A program made the position numbers and the translations under genes. This document shows, piece after piece, positions 60,651 through 64,000 of a stretch of 64,000 nt of DNA. The stretch comes from Fistulifera solaris (taxonomy: Eukaryota): positions 1,240,001 through 1,304,000 of the forward strand of contig AP026126.1 of NCBI GenBank assembly GCA_030295235.1, in the 5' to 3' direction. How positions within the stretch are numbered: the first letter of the stretch is position 1; every line of letters starts with the position of its first letter. The notes beneath the pieces were generated by a model. The model worked only from the letters and a program-made list of their open reading frames with translations. It did no database searches and was not told the origin of the DNA.

Positions 60651-60844
60651 ATTTTCTGGGTACGTGAAAACACCAAACGCCCATATTTTCTGGATACGTC
60701 ACAACACCACACGCCCACATTTTCTGGGTACGTGAAAACACCACACTCCCACATTTTCTGGGTACGTGAAAACACCACACGCCCATCGTTTCTGGGTACG
60801 TGAAAACACCAAACCTCCAGATTTTCTGGGGACGTGAAAAGACC
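60651..60844. repeat. 34-bp minisatellite, about 5.7 units
   Basis: Consensus ATTTTCTGGGTACGTGAAAACACCACACGCCCAC. Confidence 0.93.
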
Positions 60845-61111
60845 AACGAGTTATGGCTAATAACTCAATGGAAAAATAAGACCACAACATTCCCTGTTTT
60901 CTGGTGACGACTTGACGGCTCCTCCTCGGAGACTGAGGAGTCCCGGAACGGATTAATACGTCACCAGGGTGAACATCACCATTTTTGCGTTTTTCCGCTT
61001 TCATTGTGATGACGACGGAAAGGGACTCCTTAAAGAAAAGACGCTGTATCATTTATTCTAAAGGCGAACGCATAGTTAGATATGGAAAGGACTACTCCTA
61101 TCTCCCATCCA

Positions 61112-62209
61112 ATGAGAATTTTTGTATATCTAATCGGCTTGGCTACTTTGTGTCCCGCGATAATCGGTTTCACTCCCTTTGTCATAATTGGTCGATCGCC
61201 GCTGCATGGTCATCGCATACGTACTTGTACCGTTTTAGCTGCTCCAAGCGAGCCCCCTACTACCGCAGTTGTTACACCCCTCGGCTCAAATGTTGATTCT
61301 ACCCTTCAATCAGATGATAATTCGACAAAACAACGTCGTCGAGTTTCCGTACTCCTCTGTCCAGCCCAATTTTGCGTTCCCGATGATTATTCGGACTTTT
61401 TGGATCGCTTGTCACTTTTATCGCAGACGGATCCGTCCATGAGCGAAATCGGAACCTGCCGTGTGGCACCTTTGCCTCGGACCGAATGGATCAAGGTGGC
61501 AAAGCAGTTACCAACACAAGAGTTCTTCGAGGCTCGGCTCAATGTACCCAAAACGTTGGATTGGTACTTTCAGGCAATTGAAAAGGATTGGCGGAAATTT
61601 TTACCGAAGAGGGACCGGATGCAAACATTTGCTTTGTGGGACATTCGATCGGGAGGTTGGGTGGCACGTGCTTACTTAGGAGGAATGAGCGAGTCGTCAT
61701 CGTCCGTGTCGCGTCTTGCGAATCAGCGGTGCACGTCGTTGATCACCTTGGGAACACCGCATGTGGCTCCAGAAACAGCACTGGTGGATCAAACCCGGGG
61801 TTTGATTCGATCTATTGACAGCCAGCAAGAATGCAGCTCGCAGGCACTGGCCGATAGAGGCATTGCTGTCACCTGTGTGTGTTCGTCCAGTATGAAAGCA
61901 AACTTTTTCTCAGTTAACGTTGAAGATATCGTGGCGGCTGCATCGTATCTGCCACTGTTGGGTCGCTTGGATGCTTCGGTTCGAGGAGACGGGATTGTTC
62001 CTTTGGATTTGGCGTTCCTGGAAGAACCGGCTCGACGAGTGATTATTGACCAGTGTCCTTTGACTAACGAGAAAGTACGCCATTCACATGTTGTTCCAAC
62101 ACCGTGGAACCTTTGGGATGGATATGCTTCTTCTATACGATTACCTTCCTCGTTTCCTTCCTACACGTCAGATGGTGTTGTGCCAATGTGGGCGAAATAT
62201 ATATTATAA
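61112..62209 (+). CDS. Alpha/beta hydrolase (lipase/PGAP1-like) with signal or plastid presequence
   Basis: Nucleophile motif VGHSIGG recovered from the alternative frame at 61588-61655 (two compensating frameshifts), LITLGTPH and GDGIVP. Confidence 0.82.
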   Translation: MRIFVYLIGLATLCPAIIGFTPFVIIGRSPLHGHRIRTCTVLAAPSEPPTTAVVTPLGSNVDSTLQSDDNSTKQRRRVSVLLCPAQFCVPDDYSDFLDRLSLLSQTDPSMSEIGTCRVAPLPRTEWIKVAKQLPTQEFFEARLNVPKTLDWYFQAIEKDWRKFLPKRDRMQTFALWDIRSGGWVARAYLGGMSESSSSVSRLANQRCTSLITLGTPHVAPETALVDQTRGLIRSIDSQQECSSQALADRGIAVTCVCSSSMKANFFSVNVEDIVAAASYLPLLGRLDASVRGDGIVPLDLAFLEEPARRVIIDQCPLTNEKVRHSHVVPTPWNLWDGYASSIRLPSSFPSYTSDGVVPMWAKYIL

Positions 62210-62343
62210 GCTCCGGAAAATAGAAGCAAAATTGGGGTGTAAACTACGAGTGGTTCGTTACGTTTTCGTGTTTCGCGATGTGTTGTACTCGGCATACCTC
62301 GCAAGTCGGATGGATGGAAAACATATGTTAATAGTTTAGATGA

Positions 62344-63737
62344 TCAATATTCAATGCCAGCTTCCTTTAGTTTCTCTTCCAAATACTGAATTCGTTCATT
62401 TGCTTCGGCCAAACTCTTTTGGGTCTTATCCAGATCTTCCTGAGCTGTCTCAAGACTCTTTGTCTTTTCATCCAAGTCTTTTGTGCCCCTTCCAATTCTT
62501 TCTGTACGGCAGCCGCCGGTTTGAATGTTTTGGTGGGCTTGGAGACGGCGGCCGCTGTCTTGCCTCCATCCTTGGGGTCCAGCGACATTTTGACCGGCTC
62601 CTTCGACGATCCCTCCAGCCACTCCGCGAATGAGTGCGATGGCACCGCGGCTGCCGTATCGGGGAAGATGTCGTCTTGGAAGGCGTCCGACTTGCGTGGG
62701 ACTGTGAAGCTGAGAGGATGTACACCGGTGCTATTCGTTACCTTCAAAATACGTGTTGTTTCACAGTTCATGATTTTCAACCCACGTTTCGGCACCATGC
62801 AGTATCCCTTACCCGGAATGTTCGAGCGGAATCCATCATTTAGCTTGAAAATGAAAGGACTCTTGTCTTCGTACTCATACAAACGAACGATACCATCTCC
62901 CTTACCGCAAAGGTAAAGAACGTTGGTGTCTCCGTCCCAGAGAGGAATCATGGCACCCGCGGCTGTATCCACAGGTTCCGTGTGAATCGGCTTGTCAAAG
63001 TTTCGGATATCAAAGACTTTGATTTCTCGTGTGGATTGTTTGGAAGCACCAAAGAGAAGAGCTTACCCGAGTCGTTCGCATACACCACTTTGACACTTTT
63101 CGCTCCGTCATGCCCCAAAGTCTCAGCGGCCGTTTCCGCCGATCGCGGGTCGACGAGTCGAATTTGCTTGTCTTTACAAGTAACCGCGAACATGTCACCC
63201 GTATAATCCCATACAATGTCGTGAATGATATTGTCACATCCGGAATACTTGCGAGCTTCCGAGCCGGTCTCGACGTCCCAGATTCGGACCGTGTAGTCTC
63301 CACTGCTACTCATGAGTGAGTTGGCGGCCGTGGGATGGAATCGCAGCAACGTGACCTTCTTTCGGTGTCCGACAAGATCCACCACGCTTTCACTGAGTCC
63401 TTGTCCGGCTTTCTGTACACCATTCTCGTCGGTGGGTTCCCAAGTTTCCGGAATTTGCCAGATTTTAATTTTGGTGTCTTCACTACCGGTGGCCATCATG
63501 CTGTCATCAAAGGGATTCCAATCAAAGTCATTGACTGCACCTTCGTGTCCATGAACATATGGCCCATCGGCGACATCGAAACGACCGGGACGGTCGAGTC
63601 GATTGACGTAGACAGGGCCACCTCCGCCGGCCATGCCGACGGCAAAGTATTGGCGGATGCCTTGATATACTGTTGATCACCCGTGACGGTCGAGAGACGG
63701 AACTCTGTGAAAGTTTCCTGAAAAGAAGAAGAAGAAG

Positions 63738-63769
<32 letters not shown>

Positions 63770-63895
63770 GTAGTGTAAGCGACCGTTTCTGTGAAACAAA
63801 GCTCAATCTTGAAAGGAAGCTATACAAGTACTCACTTCTACTTTCGGCTGGTCACAGAAAACATGACGATATTTGGATGTGCGGATTTTAAACAT
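62344..63895 (-). CDS. CORO: Coronin
   Basis: Exon 1 MFKIRTSKYRHVF, intron 63835-63718, WD40 repeats (DFDWNPF, GSEDTKIKIW, FHPTA), LYLCGKGDG, VPRKSDAFQDDIFPDT and a C-terminal coiled coil. Confidence 0.96.
63723..63767. repeat. (AAG)15 microsatellite in the coronin intron
   Basis: Perfect trinucleotide run forming the polypyrimidine tract on the minus strand. Confidence 0.97.
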
Positions 63896-64000
63896 GGTGT
63901 GAAGATTGGTTAGATCAAATGACACAAAAGAGCAACGTCTATGTTGTACCAGGTATATTCTTTGAATGAATGAGTTGCCGAAGTGACTTGTGACTTCGAA

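Noticed and set aside
60651..60844. 34-bp repeat array as a CRISPR array
   Set aside because: Head-to-tail units without unique spacers.
63673..63891. Poly-Arg and poly-Leu ORFs
   Set aside because: Artefacts of the intronic (AAG)15 microsatellite.

Overview
Gene-dense eukaryotic nuclear DNA, very probably from a diatom or close ochrophyte relative. Evidence: short GT-AG introns of about 65-120 nt, bipartite signal+AF/AW plastid presequences on SRP54, FKBP and PDF, and a bZIP-PAS factor. The window holds about 30 mostly housekeeping genes: TSG101, a bZIP, GT25 (two copies), an SBF2-domain protein, two Nudix hydrolases, SF3B1, TANGO6, LarB, FKBP, RRN3, C2/U-box, DHFR-like, TOM22, bZIP-PAS, SERINC, PI4K-gamma, cpSRP54, MATH-ankyrin, syntaxin, DOHH, PTGES2, PDF, a methyltransferase, GT23-like, an alpha/beta hydrolase and coronin. 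Many genes are broken by single-base frameshifts, mostly at homopolymers, which looks like unpolished long-read consensus rather than biology. Most interesting: (1) a bZIP gene whose stop-containing 240-nt intervening segment is bounded by two 7-nt-loop hairpins, the signature of IRE1-type (HAC1/XBP1/bZIP60) non-spliceosomal splicing; (2) an unassigned ~280-nt nested-helix RNA candidate with USE-like, TATA and T-rich terminator context, present twice because of a near-identical 3.3-kb tandem duplication; (3) a MATH-ankyrin protein ending in a degenerate PCIF1/CAPAM-like domain; (4) a ubiquitin-like/eL41 fusion; (5) an intron-containing LarB. All family calls are motif recognition by eye; no database search was run.
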